Shown: piece after piece, positions 9,714 through 20,697 of the stretch | How positions within the stretch are numbered: the first letter of the stretch is position 1 | Layout: each line of letters starts with the position of its first letter | Translations under genes and position numbers: made by a program | Assembly (NCBI GenBank): GCA_029261255.1 | Contig: JAJDBQ010000171.1 | Coordinates: 1,705-65,704, forward strand | Origin: Nitrospirales bacterium | GTDB taxonomy: Bacteria; Nitrospirota; Nitrospiria; Nitrospirales; UBA8639 | Reading direction: 5' to 3' | DNA: 64,000 bases | The notes under the pieces: model-generated | What the model saw: only the letters and a program-made list of their open reading frames with translations | Told to the model about the DNA's origin: nothing | Databases searched by the model: none

Positions 9714-10922
9714 TCAAAACGGATAATCTAACCCAGCAAAAATAGCTCCACCTTCCTTACTGTATCCCCAATCGACGCGACTAACTAAATTGGGCCGCAC
9801 AATGGCTCGAAAACCCACACCCGGGGTGATTTTCCAGTCATCAAACTGCCGATAGGAAAAATCTCGATAGGTTCGTCCCATATCAACGAAGGGGGCAACC
9901 TCCAATTCCGCATTGACATGTAATATTTTTATTTGAAACATATGAATACGCTCCTCGACATTGACCACTATCATATGCTTATCAATGAATCGATCTCGTC
10001 CGTACCCTCGAAGGTTGTTTTCTCCTCCTAAAGAACTTTGTTCAAAAAATGGGATACCATTCCCAGAAGTTAATCCTAATTTTCCTCGAATGAGAAAAAT
10101 ATACCGTTTTGATGGACTGGGCATGAAATGACGAGCCTCAAAGCCATATCGAAAATAGAGCTGATCATCAATTTGTCGCCTGTCAAGATTTTGTGCCAAT
10201 TCCCCAAATGCCTCAACCCGTGTTCCCGCCGTGGGTGATGTCAGATTGTCTCGCGAGTCGTATTGAAATACCAACTTATGTCCTAAGATCGTCGCGCCAC
10301 CTATTCCGGCCGTATTAGGGAATTGGTTTTTTGTAAAAGGCTCATCATCAATACCGCCAGGTTGAATTTCGACGTCGCGAAATCTCTGATAGACGGATAT
10401 CCGTGTCACATCGTTGAGATGAATACCGAGATTCCAGTGGACCTGAATTTCGCGCCCAGTATAGTTGCTTTCATTCGATTCTGGCGTTGTTTGGCCTAAG
10501 CCAAAAAAACGCTTCGTCGCATTTTTAAAAAACTGTGCCCCAATATCTACGAAAAATAAGCCTTCAATAAATCCTGGATCTTGGTAACGAAAGATGAGCT
10601 TTCGCTCGATCTCTTCCGTATAGGACCCCACAGCCTCAAGTTGTTTTCCCCCTGACCAATAATGATAGTAGTTCGCCGTCCCTCTCACACCTAAGAATGA
10701 ATTATGGATCAGCATCGGCGCGAAGACCGAACGCAAATTTCCATCCTCATCTGAGTCCAATACGGGAACGATCAACCCAAAATCTCGCCCAGCATTTTTT
10801 GATGTGGAAATGGCTGGAACAACAAAAATTGATTGTTCCGCACTGACCGGATAGGGGCTGATACTTCCCGCTAACGCTAAGCAGACCATTGCCGCCAAGC
10901 ACGACACACGGAAAGACATCAT
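9714..10922 (-). CDS. Omp85/BamA-TamA family outer-membrane beta-barrel lacking POTRA domains
   Basis: Signal peptide, LGGENNLRGY (VRGY-like lid motif), YDSRDN, C-terminal aromatic ..DYPF; only 402 aa. Confidence 0.8.
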   Translation of the reverse strand: MMSFRVSCLAAMVCLALAGSISPYPVSAEQSIFVVPAISTSKNAGRDFGLIVPVLDSDEDGNLRSVFAPMLIHNSFLGVRGTANYYHYWSGGKQLEAVGSYTEEIERKLIFRYQDPGFIEGLFFVDIGAQFFKNATKRFFGLGQTTPESNESNYTGREIQVHWNLGIHLNDVTRISVYQRFRDVEIQPGGIDDEPFTKNQFPNTAGIGGATILGHKLVFQYDSRDNLTSPTAGTRVEAFGELAQNLDRRQIDDQLYFRYGFEARHFMPSPSKRYIFLIRGKLGLTSGNGIPFFEQSSLGGENNLRGYGRDRFIDKHMIVVNVEERIHMFQIKILHVNAELEVAPFVDMGRTYRDFSYRQFDDWKITPGVGFRAIVRPNLVSRVDWGYSKEGGAIFAGLDYPF

Positions 10923-10934
10923 TCAATTCTTTCT

Positions 10935-11627
10935 CTAGGACGAGGAGGCTAAATCCGCCTTTGAACGAAGTTTGTCAAGAAGTGCTTCAAATGAGGAAGA
11001 CTTGATGATTCTTGAGAACTGCCCTCGATAATTTTTTGTCAAACTGACGCCATCAATGATGACATCATAGACGCCCCACTTGTCGTTTTCTTTGAGGAGG
11101 CGATAATCCAAGGGAATCTGGGATTTTGGCGAAACAACTTTGGTCTGGACTTCTGCGAAGTCTCCTTTCAATCGTTCCTTGATATACTCCACCTGCTGCC
11201 CAGCATATCCATCAATGTTTCCGGCATAGGATTGGGTTAAAAACTGCTGGAATAATGCAACAAATTCTTCCTGTTTTTCAGCACTCAATTTCTTCCATTC
11301 TCTTGCAAGTGCTCGTTTAGCCATTTCTTCATAATTAAATCTTTGTGCAATAATGGCTTCGAGTTTCTCTCGCCGCTCCGCGGCTCGCGTCGGATCTTTC
11401 AATGCGTCATCACTCAAAACGACCAGTACCTTATCAATGGTCTCTTTAACGGCTTGCGTTGGCGTACCCGCTCCCCACGCCACAGAAAACCAAAGGAGCG
11501 AGAGGCTGACCCAAGTCAACACAACAACACATCGAGAACAGGTCGACCATCTATTTAATGGCTTAGACGGCCAAACAATCCCTTTGTGTCTTTCCTCAAT
11601 TTGTTCCATAACTCCTCCCTCTACCAT
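10935..11627 (-). CDS. MlaC/Ttg2D family periplasmic lipid-binding protein (HpnM-like)
   Basis: FNYEEMAKRALAREW, LDYRL...W.VYDVIIDGVSL..NYRGQF motifs; hopanoid locus. True start may be slightly downstream. Confidence 0.85.
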   Translation of the reverse strand: MVEGGVMEQIEERHKGIVWPSKPLNRWSTCSRCVVVLTWVSLSLLWFSVAWGAGTPTQAVKETIDKVLVVLSDDALKDPTRAAERREKLEAIIAQRFNYEEMAKRALAREWKKLSAEKQEEFVALFQQFLTQSYAGNIDGYAGQQVEYIKERLKGDFAEVQTKVVSPKSQIPLDYRLLKENDKWGVYDVIIDGVSLTKNYRGQFSRIIKSSSFEALLDKLRSKADLASSS

Positions 11628-12066
11628 TTCATCACAATACGATAACTCTTCATCTTTACTTCAGATAAACTGACTTATACCCTGTTCTAATAGTGAACTT
11701 GATTCCGTGTCAATCATCGCTCCCTCTATTTAGCAGCGCGCCTCAACTCCAAGAGAGCACAGTCCATAAATTCCCCCAATGGACCATCGAATTTCCATTG
11801 AGGCAAGAGCAGCATTATAGCACCAGAGCCACCTGGTATTAAGCGAGGCTCAACATTTATGGTGCTCCTAATATTGGGGGGAAAAGATATTGAAACAATA
11901 CGTAAAGGCCGAGACACAGCAAAGGCTAAATTGTAACAATCAACGCTCAAATACCCACAAACCAGGCATGATCATGAGTCGCAATGCTACTCCCATGTCC
12001 GGTCACCTGCTTTAAAGCTTGCGCGCATATGTCTTGAATAACATTCATCATTGACTATTTCATCGC

Positions 12067-12978
12067 CTAAGACGTTGCTGAAATAGGTAAGGTCGGGATC
12101 GTGGAGAAAAATTCTTCAAAAAAACAAGTGAGCTCTCGGGATGCTTGCTTCGAATGCTGATAAAGATCAAGGAAACCCTTCCACGACCTTGGGGTCGAAA
12201 GGATAGACAGTACTCCAGGAATCCATCCGGATGGCTTAAGAAAGAGATTAAAGTCTACAGGCAAATCTTCATTGACGCCATCAGAAATCGTGCGAACAAT
12301 TAGAAATGGTAGGCGATGCTCTTGCGCGACTCCCGCGATGGCCGCACTTTCCATGTCGACTCCTACCGCGCCAGTTGAGGTTTTCAATTTATACTTGTCA
12401 ACCGAATGGGTGAGCACATGATCCACGCTCACAAACCTTCCGGTCCGTAAAGACTCTCGCCCCCCCCATTTAAGGTTCAACGCGACTTGGACCCAATCAG
12501 GATGGCATTCAAATCGCTGTGGGCTTAGCGAAGCGCCAGAGGGCATACAGGATTCCTCACATACGTCATGCCCGATCAGTACGGATCCGATAGGAATAGA
12601 ATCGAGAGCTCCTGCAAAACCCGTGGAGATAATGACATCCCATGAAGCACCGGAGAGTAGTTTTTGAGTATTTATTCGAGCCTTACCAGGGCCAATACCT
12701 GACTGAATGAGCATGACATTCAAGCCGTGATCAGTACTGGCTAATGCCCGATGACCATACTGGGAAACTGGGTGAGAAACTCGTAGAGCACGAGCAACGG
12801 CATTAAATTCTATTCTAGTGGCCGTCACTACCGCGATGTTGGTCAGAATTGGCTCGCTCGTAACATGATTTTTTGAATTAGACAGAGTGGACTTTGAGGA
12901 AAACTTAACCCATTCTTTTTTTTTGCCTTCGAGAGACCTGAGCCGTTTTTCGCAACTGGTCAGCTCTGGCTTCCCCAT
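12067..12978 (-). CDS. hpnG: Nucleoside phosphorylase-family protein, probable adenosylhopane nucleosidase HpnG
   Basis: SGIG, STGFAGAL, VDMESAAIA, RTISD motifs; directly downstream of shc. True start likely near 12850-12880. Confidence 0.75.
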   Translation of the reverse strand: MGKPELTSCEKRLRSLEGKKKEWVKFSSKSTLSNSKNHVTSEPILTNIAVVTATRIEFNAVARALRVSHPVSQYGHRALASTDHGLNVMLIQSGIGPGKARINTQKLLSGASWDVIISTGFAGALDSIPIGSVLIGHDVCEESCMPSGASLSPQRFECHPDWVQVALNLKWGGRESLRTGRFVSVDHVLTHSVDKYKLKTSTGAVGVDMESAAIAGVAQEHRLPFLIVRTISDGVNEDLPVDFNLFLKPSGWIPGVLSILSTPRSWKGFLDLYQHSKQASRELTCFFEEFFSTIPTLPISATS

Positions 12979-15076
12979 TTGTTTTCACATTCCGATACAT
13001 GCCTAATGCCCAGATAGGGAAATACTTACAATAACCGTGATACCGCAAATAAAACACCCTTGGAAAGCCTGTACCAGTATGGAAAGGCTCATCCCACACA
13101 CCATCATCCCGTTGATGACGAATAAGCCAATTTACCCCACGGACCACACTGAGGGAATCGAATGCGCCAGCTTGAAGGAGCGCCATCATCGCCCATGCGG
13201 TCTGCGAAGCTGCGCTTTCTCCGCGCCCAGATTTTTTAACATCTTCGTATGATTCGCAGGATTCCCCCCAACCTCCGTCAGAATTCTGAACAGATTCCAA
13301 CCAGGCCACCGCTTTTTGAACCCACGGGGCTGTCATGTCCTCCCCAATAGCCCTCAGACCAGAAAGCACGCACCACGACCCATAAATGTAATTGACCCCC
13401 CATCGCCCATACCAACTACCATTAGGCTCTTGTTCCTTACGAAGAAATTCTAGAGCAGGACCGATAGCCTGATGTGACTGGTCATATCCTAACGTGCCCA
13501 ACATTTCCAAGCATCGTCCTGTTAAATCAGCGGTGCTCGGGTCCAGCAACGACTGATGATCCGCAAAAGGAATTTTATTAAAAATCAGTTTGTTATTGTC
13601 TCTATCATAGGCACCCCATCCGCCATCAGACCCTTGCATAGCCAATACCCAATGAACCCCCCGCTGTATGACTACGTCACCGTCTGGCGTTTCAGTTCGA
13701 TGAATTTTAGCCATCGCGGTAATGACAGCCGCAGTATCGTCGACATCTGGATACCAGTCATTTTCATATTGAAAACCCCAGCCTCCTGGCTGGGCTTCAG
13801 GAGATGAGACAACCCAATCACCCACCTTTAGCGATTGCCGCGTACGTAACCATGCATCAGCCTGAAGCAAAGCTGAATGATTCAGGGCGACTCCGCCTTC
13901 AATAAGCGCGTTCATCGTTAAAGCCGTATCCCACACAGGTGAGTGGCAAGGCTGCAAGTGCAACATACTCGGTGTCGTTGAGTTCACTGAATTTGAATAG
14001 ATTTCAAGTTGCTCAATTTCACCCAAGGCTTTTTGAATTAACGGATGATCCGTGGCATATCCCATTGCCCTGAGCGCAAAGATCGAATTTGCCATGGCTG
14101 GATAAATAGCGCCAAGCCCCCCCTCACCATCCATATGTTCGACCATCCATCGTTCTGCCTTTTTCAAGGCTTTCTTTCGTAATGATTGAATGGGATAGGC
14201 CTCATACAGTCGAAGAAGACTATCAACCCACACGAAAAAATTACGCCAACTCAGTAGACCGGAATCACGGTGCAACGGTGGCACCTGCGAAAACTCTACC
14301 GCTTTCAGTGGCTCGAGAAAGAGTTCAGCAATACCCTGTTCCTCAGAAACAGAACAAAGAGGCCGATGTGCAAAAATAATTAAGAGAGGGATAATGACCG
14401 CACGCGACCAATAGGATACGGCATACAGATTAAAATAAAACCATTTGGGTGCGAGGAAGATCTCCGCGGGCATACATGGAATCCCTCGCCAATCATATTG
14501 GCCAAACAACGCCAATGTAATCTTTGTAAAGACATTGACTTGCACAACCCCGCCTTGCTGTAGAATAAGATCCTTCGCTCGTTGCATCACAGGATCCCGA
14601 GCCGACATCCCAGCCAATTTCAAAGCAAAGTACGCCTTGACCGTCGCACTCAGGTCAGCCGGCCCACCAGAAAAAATTGGCCAGCCTCCATCACTTCGTT
14701 GTGTATGGAAAAGATATCGAACCGCTTTTCGCTCTCGCTCCACATCAACCACACCTAAGAATCGACGAAGCATGACATACTCCGACGTCAGCGTTGTGTC
14801 GGCTTCTAACTCCTCAACCCAGAACCCTCGATCAAGATTCTCCTTGCTCAACACCCACTGCTCTCCTTTTTGGAGGGCAGTTTCCAATGCCTCCATATGT
14901 CCGATATGGGCACTACGTTGAGTCTGTGCATCCGGAGATGCCACTGGATGCAAGTTATGAGAAACTAGCTTCAAGGAAGGTGCGGTCTTTCTTGGACGTT
15001 GCGGACGTAACTGTGGAACCACGGTTTGGAAAAAATTACCCGTGACCCGCACGATGAACTGCCTAAGCAACCTCAT
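12905..15076 (-). CDS. shc: Squalene-hopene cyclase
   Basis: YPDVDDTA (DXDD), QW repeats (Q..DGGW), GTGFPRVFYLRYH. Confidence 0.97.
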   Translation of the reverse strand: MRLLRQFIVRVTGNFFQTVVPQLRPQRPRKTAPSLKLVSHNLHPVASPDAQTQRSAHIGHMEALETALQKGEQWVLSKENLDRGFWVEELEADTTLTSEYVMLRRFLGVVDVERERKAVRYLFHTQRSDGGWPIFSGGPADLSATVKAYFALKLAGMSARDPVMQRAKDLILQQGGVVQVNVFTKITLALFGQYDWRGIPCMPAEIFLAPKWFYFNLYAVSYWSRAVIIPLLIIFAHRPLCSVSEEQGIAELFLEPLKAVEFSQVPPLHRDSGLLSWRNFFVWVDSLLRLYEAYPIQSLRKKALKKAERWMVEHMDGEGGLGAIYPAMANSIFALRAMGYATDHPLIQKALGEIEQLEIYSNSVNSTTPSMLHLQPCHSPVWDTALTMNALIEGGVALNHSALLQADAWLRTRQSLKVGDWVVSSPEAQPGGWGFQYENDWYPDVDDTAAVITAMAKIHRTETPDGDVVIQRGVHWVLAMQGSDGGWGAYDRDNNKLIFNKIPFADHQSLLDPSTADLTGRCLEMLGTLGYDQSHQAIGPALEFLRKEQEPNGSWYGRWGVNYIYGSWCVLSGLRAIGEDMTAPWVQKAVAWLESVQNSDGGWGESCESYEDVKKSGRGESAASQTAWAMMALLQAGAFDSLSVVRGVNWLIRHQRDDGVWDEPFHTGTGFPRVFYLRYHGYCKYFPIWALGMYRNVKTNGEARADQLRKTAQVSRRQKKRMG

Positions 15077-15159
15077 ATTCTCGTACCGTTAAATCTTTCC
15101 AACCTCTAGGAGAGTAGATTTGGGAGGGAATCACTGGATAGAAACTATGCAAAGGGTAC

Positions 15160-15186
15160 AAAAAAGGCCCAGTCGAACTGGGCCTT
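15160..15186 (-). terminator. Probable intrinsic terminator after the nucleotide-sugar dehydrogenase
   Basis: AAGGCCCAG-TCGAA-CTGGGCCTT hairpin followed by a T-run on the minus strand. Confidence 0.65.
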
Positions 15187-15256
15187 ATACCGAATAGGGC
15201 AAAGGCTGTCAAGAAAATGTCCCTCAACAACAGAGCCTTTATACATGTGTGACGGA

Positions 15257-16564
15257 TTACGTCGAAAGCAGCACAATCTTCTCCCGTCGTTGTTTGACTT
15301 CTCGAGTGCCATTTCTCGTATCAAACACCACCGGAGCATGATCCACAATCATCTGGTAATCAAAAGCCGAATGCGCTGTCAAAATTAACGCACAGGCGCT
15401 TTGTTCCAATAGTTCTTGAGTAACAGGATGCGATGTATACTGCTGATCACCAACCGTCAAAGAAGGCGTATACGGGTCAACATATTGTAAGACTGCACCT
15501 TCCTTTTGAAGCAATTCCATCACTTTAGTCGCTGGAGACTCCCGGGGATCTTCAATGTCTGCTTTATATGTGACCCCGAGAATGACTATCTTTGAACCCT
15601 TCAAGCATTTCCCCATTTGGTTTAAGACACGCTGGAGCTTGGTCGCGACAAAATAGGGCATATTTTCATTGATTTCCCCAGCTAACTCAATGAACCGCGT
15701 GTGCACATCATATTCCTTCGACTTCCATGCTAAGTAATACGGGTCTAAGGGAATACAATGACCGCCAACCCCTGGTCCAGGATAAAACGCCATAAAACCA
15801 AAGTTCTTGGTGGCCGCGGCATCGATGACTTCATACACATTAATATCCATCCGCTCACATAACAACGTCAGCTCATTCACCAATGCGATATTGACTGATC
15901 GAAAGACATTCTCAAAAACCTTGGCCATTTCAGCCACTCGCGGGGAACTGAGAGGGAACACTTTGACAATAGATTGTTCGTAGAACAATTTGGAGACTTC
16001 CTGGCAACCTTCCGTGACACCCCCAACGAGCTTGAAGGTATTATGTGTCTTGAAATCTGCGTTCCCCGGATCAACACGTTCTGGCGAAAAAGCCACAAAC
16101 AAATCTTTTCCAGCAGTAAAGCCTTTCGCCGTCAACGCCGGCAAAATCACTTCCTCTGTCGTTCCAGGGTACGTCGTACTTTCCAACACGACCAGCATAT
16201 TAGGATGAGAATAGTGAGCAAGTTGCCCCACGACTTTCACAATGGCGGAGATATCGGGTTCTTTGTTCCGGGTCAGTGGAGTTGGCACGCAGATGAGGAC
16301 AATATCACATTGTTGCAGAACCGAAAAATCTGTTGTGGCTACCAAGAGCTTCTGGTCTACGACCTCTCGTAGTTCAGCATCGTCGACATCCAGAATATAG
16401 TTGTTGGCTTGATTGACCATCTCCACTTTTGCTGCGACTTCATCGACCCCAAAGACATGATACCCCGTTTTGGCCTGAAGTACGGCCAAGGGCAGACCCA
16501 CATATCCCAATCCAACAACTCCAATTTTTGCCGACCGATTTTGAATTTTTTCTCGAATATCCAC
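15257..16564 (-). CDS. Nucleotide-sugar (UDP-GlcNAc/GalNAc type) 6-dehydrogenase
   Basis: GLGYVGLP Rossmann motif, ESTTYPGTT, FSPERVDPG, GPGVGGHCIPLDP. Confidence 0.92.
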   Translation of the reverse strand: MDIREKIQNRSAKIGVVGLGYVGLPLAVLQAKTGYHVFGVDEVAAKVEMVNQANNYILDVDDAELREVVDQKLLVATTDFSVLQQCDIVLICVPTPLTRNKEPDISAIVKVVGQLAHYSHPNMLVVLESTTYPGTTEEVILPALTAKGFTAGKDLFVAFSPERVDPGNADFKTHNTFKLVGGVTEGCQEVSKLFYEQSIVKVFPLSSPRVAEMAKVFENVFRSVNIALVNELTLLCERMDINVYEVIDAAATKNFGFMAFYPGPGVGGHCIPLDPYYLAWKSKEYDVHTRFIELAGEINENMPYFVATKLQRVLNQMGKCLKGSKIVILGVTYKADIEDPRESPATKVMELLQKEGAVLQYVDPYTPSLTVGDQQYTSHPVTQELLEQSACALILTAHSAFDYQMIVDHAPVVFDTRNGTREVKQRREKIVLLST

Positions 16565-16676
16565 GTACGCTCTCCTCTTGAGGGTTTTTCTCCTAAAAAT
16601 ATTTTATGTACCTATTTCGGGGAAAACTCAAAGCTTCTTGAGTTGATTTCTCTAATTCATGAGACCGAACGACAAT

Positions 16677-17129
16677 CTAGGACGACACATCATTTGTGAC
16701 GTTGTTTAAGACCTTTTGATCGTCAATCGTCCAAACATCACATGTCGCATCCCCATCGATATTGCCAATCGCGACTGCAGTAAAGCCCGATGCGCTCACA
16801 ACGTCCAAATTCGAAGCCGTGCAGCCAGGAGGCAAAGTCCCCAACGACGCATTACCCAATTCATAATAATAGCGTTGAGATGCTCCACTCACTCCAAAAC
16901 CAACAGCATTAAAGTCATCAATAAATCCATTATTTTCAGCGAAATACGCGATTTCAGATGTATGGAGTGCCACTAAATTACTCTTCGCCTCAGTCTGTTT
17001 CGCTTTCGCCTGATAGCGTAAGAAATTGGGAATGGCGATCGTTGCCAAAATACCGATAATCGCGACCACAATCATCAGCTCTGTCAGACTGAATCCTTGC
17101 TGCTGTATTTGTAGGTATCTACGGTTCAT
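16677..17129 (-). CDS. Type IV pilin (PilA-like)
   Basis: Prepilin cleavage G|FSLTELMIVVAIIGILATIAIPNF; start reassigned to ATG 17129 with GGAGG SD; C-terminal Cys pair. Confidence 0.88.
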   Translation of the reverse strand: MNRRYLQIQQQGFSLTELMIVVAIIGILATIAIPNFLRYQAKAKQTEAKSNLVALHTSEIAYFAENNGFIDDFNAVGFGVSGASQRYYYELGNASLGTLPPGCTASNLDVVSASGFTAVAIGNIDGDATCDVWTIDDQKVLNNVTNDVSS

Positions 17130-17507
17130 GCAATGCCTCCAAGGAGGGTTGACCTCCACTATATAGTTGTTTAGTTGTACTGTAGTCCTTTTCCAATCAT
17201 CATACACACGGCATGATCGTGAGACCAGAGGGCATTTAAGCAATAACTCTTGGTAGGATTTCACCAAGTGCAACTAACGCACTGAAATTTCTAGAAACCT
17301 CACTCTTCGTCCCCATCAATAGCGACACTCATCAATTATTAGTCTTCGCAGTATCTGCTTGATGATCTGATCGCCAGAAGTATGACGAATCTTAAGGAAC
17401 TCTTTTATAAATGGGAACCTGTCGGTCAGTAAGTCTCTGCTTAGGGGAATTGTATGAATAGATGAGGACAGGATTCCCTAGCCATACAGCTGTTAAAAAA
17501 AATCTGG

Positions 17508-19316
17508 TTACGGCGTGTAGGTAGATTGCTGAGAAAGAGTCGAGCCGGGTTCCCCAAAGCCGCTATTCCGAAATCGTTCCTTGAGCGATTCGTTTGTCGA
17601 ATCCAATTGCAGAGAATGACTCCAAGCATCACGGGCTTTCTCATGCTCCTCTCGCAGCAGAAAAATTTCGCCTAGATGCTCATAAATCACGGGATCATCT
17701 GACACCAATGCCACAGCACGTTGCATCGCTTCAAGGGCTTCGTCAATTCGTCCAACTTTGTACAAGGCCCAAGCTAAGCTATCGACATAGTAGCCATTAT
17801 GGGGCTTTAACGTGACCGCCTGCTGAGTTAACGTCACCGCTTCTTCTATATTAATGCCCCGGTCAGCATAACTATACCCCAAGTAATTGAGTGCATCAGC
17901 ATGCTCAGGATCAAGAGCTAATGCCTGCTCCATTTCCTTCACCACCTCATCAAAACGATTCAATTTGTCATATGCCGTACCAAGATTAAAATGCAACTCA
18001 GCATTGGAGGGATCCTGATGAATACCATCTTCTAATCTGGATTTAGCTTGTTGATATTCCTTCATCTGAAAATGCGTCAACCCTAACAATAAATATGGCT
18101 CGGGACGTTTCGGGCTCAGCTTCACCGCTTGATCTAAATACGATAACGCCTCTTGATTCTGCTTCAAACGATACGACACAAACCCTAGATGTAAAATGCT
18201 ATCAAAGAACGTCGGATCGATCTCTACATTAGCTTGGTAGGCTTCAATGGCCTTCTCGTAATCTTTCATTTCTTCATATAATAGGCCTAAAAAATCTCTC
18301 ACTCGTAATTCATTCGGCCGGTCTCGCAACACCGCATTTAATTCCTCAATTGCTGCGCCGAAATTTCCCTGCTCGCCATAAATCTGGGCCTTCCGCACTT
18401 GGGCATGAAGATCACCAGGATTGTGTTCTAGCAAATAGTCTAAATGGCCAAAGGCTTGATTTGAATTCTTCTGAGCGACATACAAACTTACAAGACGCAA
18501 ACGATACTCTCGATGATGCGGATTCACGTCACGAAGAAAGCCTTCCAACAACTCAATGGCTCGTTGTGACTCCTCTGTCTCTTCTAACAGTCCGACCAAC
18601 TTGAGATACGCACGCTCAAATGATGAATTCAAAGAAATGGCCTGCTCAAAATGGCCCACAGCGTCCTGCTTCAAACTTTGCTCTAACGAAATGATCCCCA
18701 GGTAATAATGAGCCTCAGCTGAGTCTGGCACATGTTGCAAGAGGTTACGGAAAACGGTTCCTGCCTCCTGGTACTCTTTCTCAGCCAACAAGAGCGTGCC
18801 GTGAGAATGATATAACCGGGGTTCTAATGGAAATCGTCGCTCACCTTCTTTCAAAATCGCTAGAGCCTGAGGATGCTCTCCGGCATCAAAGAATATCTTA
18901 GCCATCTCCAAGAACATGGGAACTGTTGTAATTCTTTCGGCGGGAATTTGCTGAGCCATTTCCACAGCGGCCAGCATCTGAGCCAACCCAAAATGCAATT
19001 TGGCAATACGAAATTTCAAAAAGACTGAGTCAGGGTCAAACGATAACCCAGTCTGATAGGCTTCAAGCGCCTTCACACCATCATTATCAAGTTCAGCTAA
19101 AGAACCTTGCAGAAAATGAAAGTAGGCTTGCGGATGAGTCGTTTCCTGAATGAGAGTAGAAGAAGAATCCTGACCGAGCAAACTCAGTTGGGGAGCAGTG
19201 CCACACGACACAATCAGAAGAGGAATGCCTAACACGCAAGTGCAGATGCGCCCTAGCCAAAGAGGAAGCGTGCCCAGAGGATCTACCAAACGAGTGGGTC
19301 GCATGGAAGAATCCAT
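17508..19316 (-). CDS. Multi-TPR lipoprotein
   Basis: IVSC lipobox-like, many TPRs, ALNYLGYSYA...YYVDSLAW motif. Confidence 0.85.
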   Translation of the reverse strand: MDSSMRPTRLVDPLGTLPLWLGRICTCVLGIPLLIVSCGTAPQLSLLGQDSSSTLIQETTHPQAYFHFLQGSLAELDNDGVKALEAYQTGLSFDPDSVFLKFRIAKLHFGLAQMLAAVEMAQQIPAERITTVPMFLEMAKIFFDAGEHPQALAILKEGERRFPLEPRLYHSHGTLLLAEKEYQEAGTVFRNLLQHVPDSAEAHYYLGIISLEQSLKQDAVGHFEQAISLNSSFERAYLKLVGLLEETEESQRAIELLEGFLRDVNPHHREYRLRLVSLYVAQKNSNQAFGHLDYLLEHNPGDLHAQVRKAQIYGEQGNFGAAIEELNAVLRDRPNELRVRDFLGLLYEEMKDYEKAIEAYQANVEIDPTFFDSILHLGFVSYRLKQNQEALSYLDQAVKLSPKRPEPYLLLGLTHFQMKEYQQAKSRLEDGIHQDPSNAELHFNLGTAYDKLNRFDEVVKEMEQALALDPEHADALNYLGYSYADRGINIEEAVTLTQQAVTLKPHNGYYVDSLAWALYKVGRIDEALEAMQRAVALVSDDPVIYEHLGEIFLLREEHEKARDAWSHSLQLDSTNESLKERFRNSGFGEPGSTLSQQSTYTP

Positions 19317-19362
19317 GACGTTATGACATTTCCAAAAATATCATTGATCACAGTATACCAGA

Positions 19363-20697
19363 CTATCTGGCTAAATCATTAAATTTTGCATACCGATCGT
19401 GAAACTGAAGATCCACTTCCCCAATGGGCCCATTGCGATGCTTGCGAACCAAGATATTCGCGATGCCCTTGTCATCGGAATCTGGGTTATACACCTCATC
19501 ACGATAAATAAACATGACGACATCCGCATCTTGTTCTATCGCCCCAGATTCCCTCAAATCCGCGAGCATGGGTCTTTTGTCCGTTCGATTTTCCACAGCA
19601 CGACTTAGCTGTGAAAGCGCAACAACGGGAATGTCTAATTCCTTAGCCAACCCTTTTAAGGCCCTTGAAATCTCTGAAATTTCCTGCTGCCGCGATTCTG
19701 AAGACCCCTTTCCATCCATCAATTGCAAATAATCTATAATCAGAAGGTCCAACCCATGCTCGGACTTAAGACGTCGTGCCTTCCCGCGCATTTGCTGAAC
19801 ACTGAGATTTCCCGAATCATCAATGAAAATTTTTGTCTGTTCCAGCCTACCAGCAGCCTCTGTCAAAGCCACCCAATCAGTCTGTTTTAATTGCCCAGTC
19901 CTCACAGCATGTGAGTCGAGATGCGCTTGGGAACTAAGCATTCGTAACACCAACTGCGCTCGAGACATTTCCAAACTGAAAATACCAACAATAGCATTAC
20001 CTTTCAGTGCTGCTTGCTCAGCCATCCCCAAAGCTAAACTCGTCTTTCCCATACTCGGTCTTCCCGCCACAATAATTAAATCAGATGGCTGGAGACCGGC
20101 GAGCAAATTATCTAATTCGGTATAACCGGTCGGTACTCCTGTTATTTTCTCTTGCCGGCTATACAGTCGGTCAACAATTTCAATACTGTCGTGAATGATA
20201 TTGCTAACTGGAGCAAAAGTACCGCCTAAATGTCCTTGAGCCAAGCCAAAAATTTCACGCTCAGCAAATTCGAGTAATTCATCTGTTTGCGTCGTACCTT
20301 CGTACCCTTTCATGACCACTTCAGTGGCCGTTCGCACTAAACCGCGCAACAAAGATTTATCCCGAACAATTTGGCAGTGATACCGAATGTTGGCTGCACT
20401 GGGCACCAATTGTACTAATTCAGCAATATAGGACGCGCCGCCAACCTGCTCTAATTCACCTGTGCCTCGCAAATAGTCAGTTAGCGTAATTTGATCAACC
20501 GGTTGATTGCGCTCAGATAATCCAATCATGCTGCGATAGACCATCTGATTCGCTGTCCGGTAAAAATCCTCTGCAGAAATGATTTCCATCGAACGATTAA
20601 GGGCAGCATTATCCAAGAGAATCGCGCCAAGAACTGATTGCTCAGCCTCGAGATTCTGCGGAGGGACTCGTACTCCAGTGATTTCAGAAATCGCCAT
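19363..20697 (-). CDS. dnaB: Replicative DNA helicase
   Basis: PPQNLEAEQSVLG, GRPSMGKT Walker A, IIDYLQL, LRESGAIEQDAD; no intein. Confidence 0.97.
   Translation of the reverse strand: MAISEITGVRVPPQNLEAEQSVLGAILLDNAALNRSMEIISAEDFYRTANQMVYRSMIGLSERNQPVDQITLTDYLRGTGELEQVGGASYIAELVQLVPSAANIRYHCQIVRDKSLLRGLVRTATEVVMKGYEGTTQTDELLEFAEREIFGLAQGHLGGTFAPVSNIIHDSIEIVDRLYSRQEKITGVPTGYTELDNLLAGLQPSDLIIVAGRPSMGKTSLALGMAEQAALKGNAIVGIFSLEMSRAQLVLRMLSSQAHLDSHAVRTGQLKQTDWVALTEAAGRLEQTKIFIDDSGNLSVQQMRGKARRLKSEHGLDLLIIDYLQLMDGKGSSESRQQEISEISRALKGLAKELDIPVVALSQLSRAVENRTDKRPMLADLRESGAIEQDADVVMFIYRDEVYNPDSDDKGIANILVRKHRNGPIGEVDLQFHDRYAKFNDLAR

Noticed and set aside
11698-11716. FNR-like box TTGAT...GTCAA
   Set aside because: Spacing is N5 rather than N4 and one half-site mismatches.
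11726-11950. 74-aa ORF in the hpnG-hpnM gap
   Set aside because: No recognisable motif or SD; likely non-coding.
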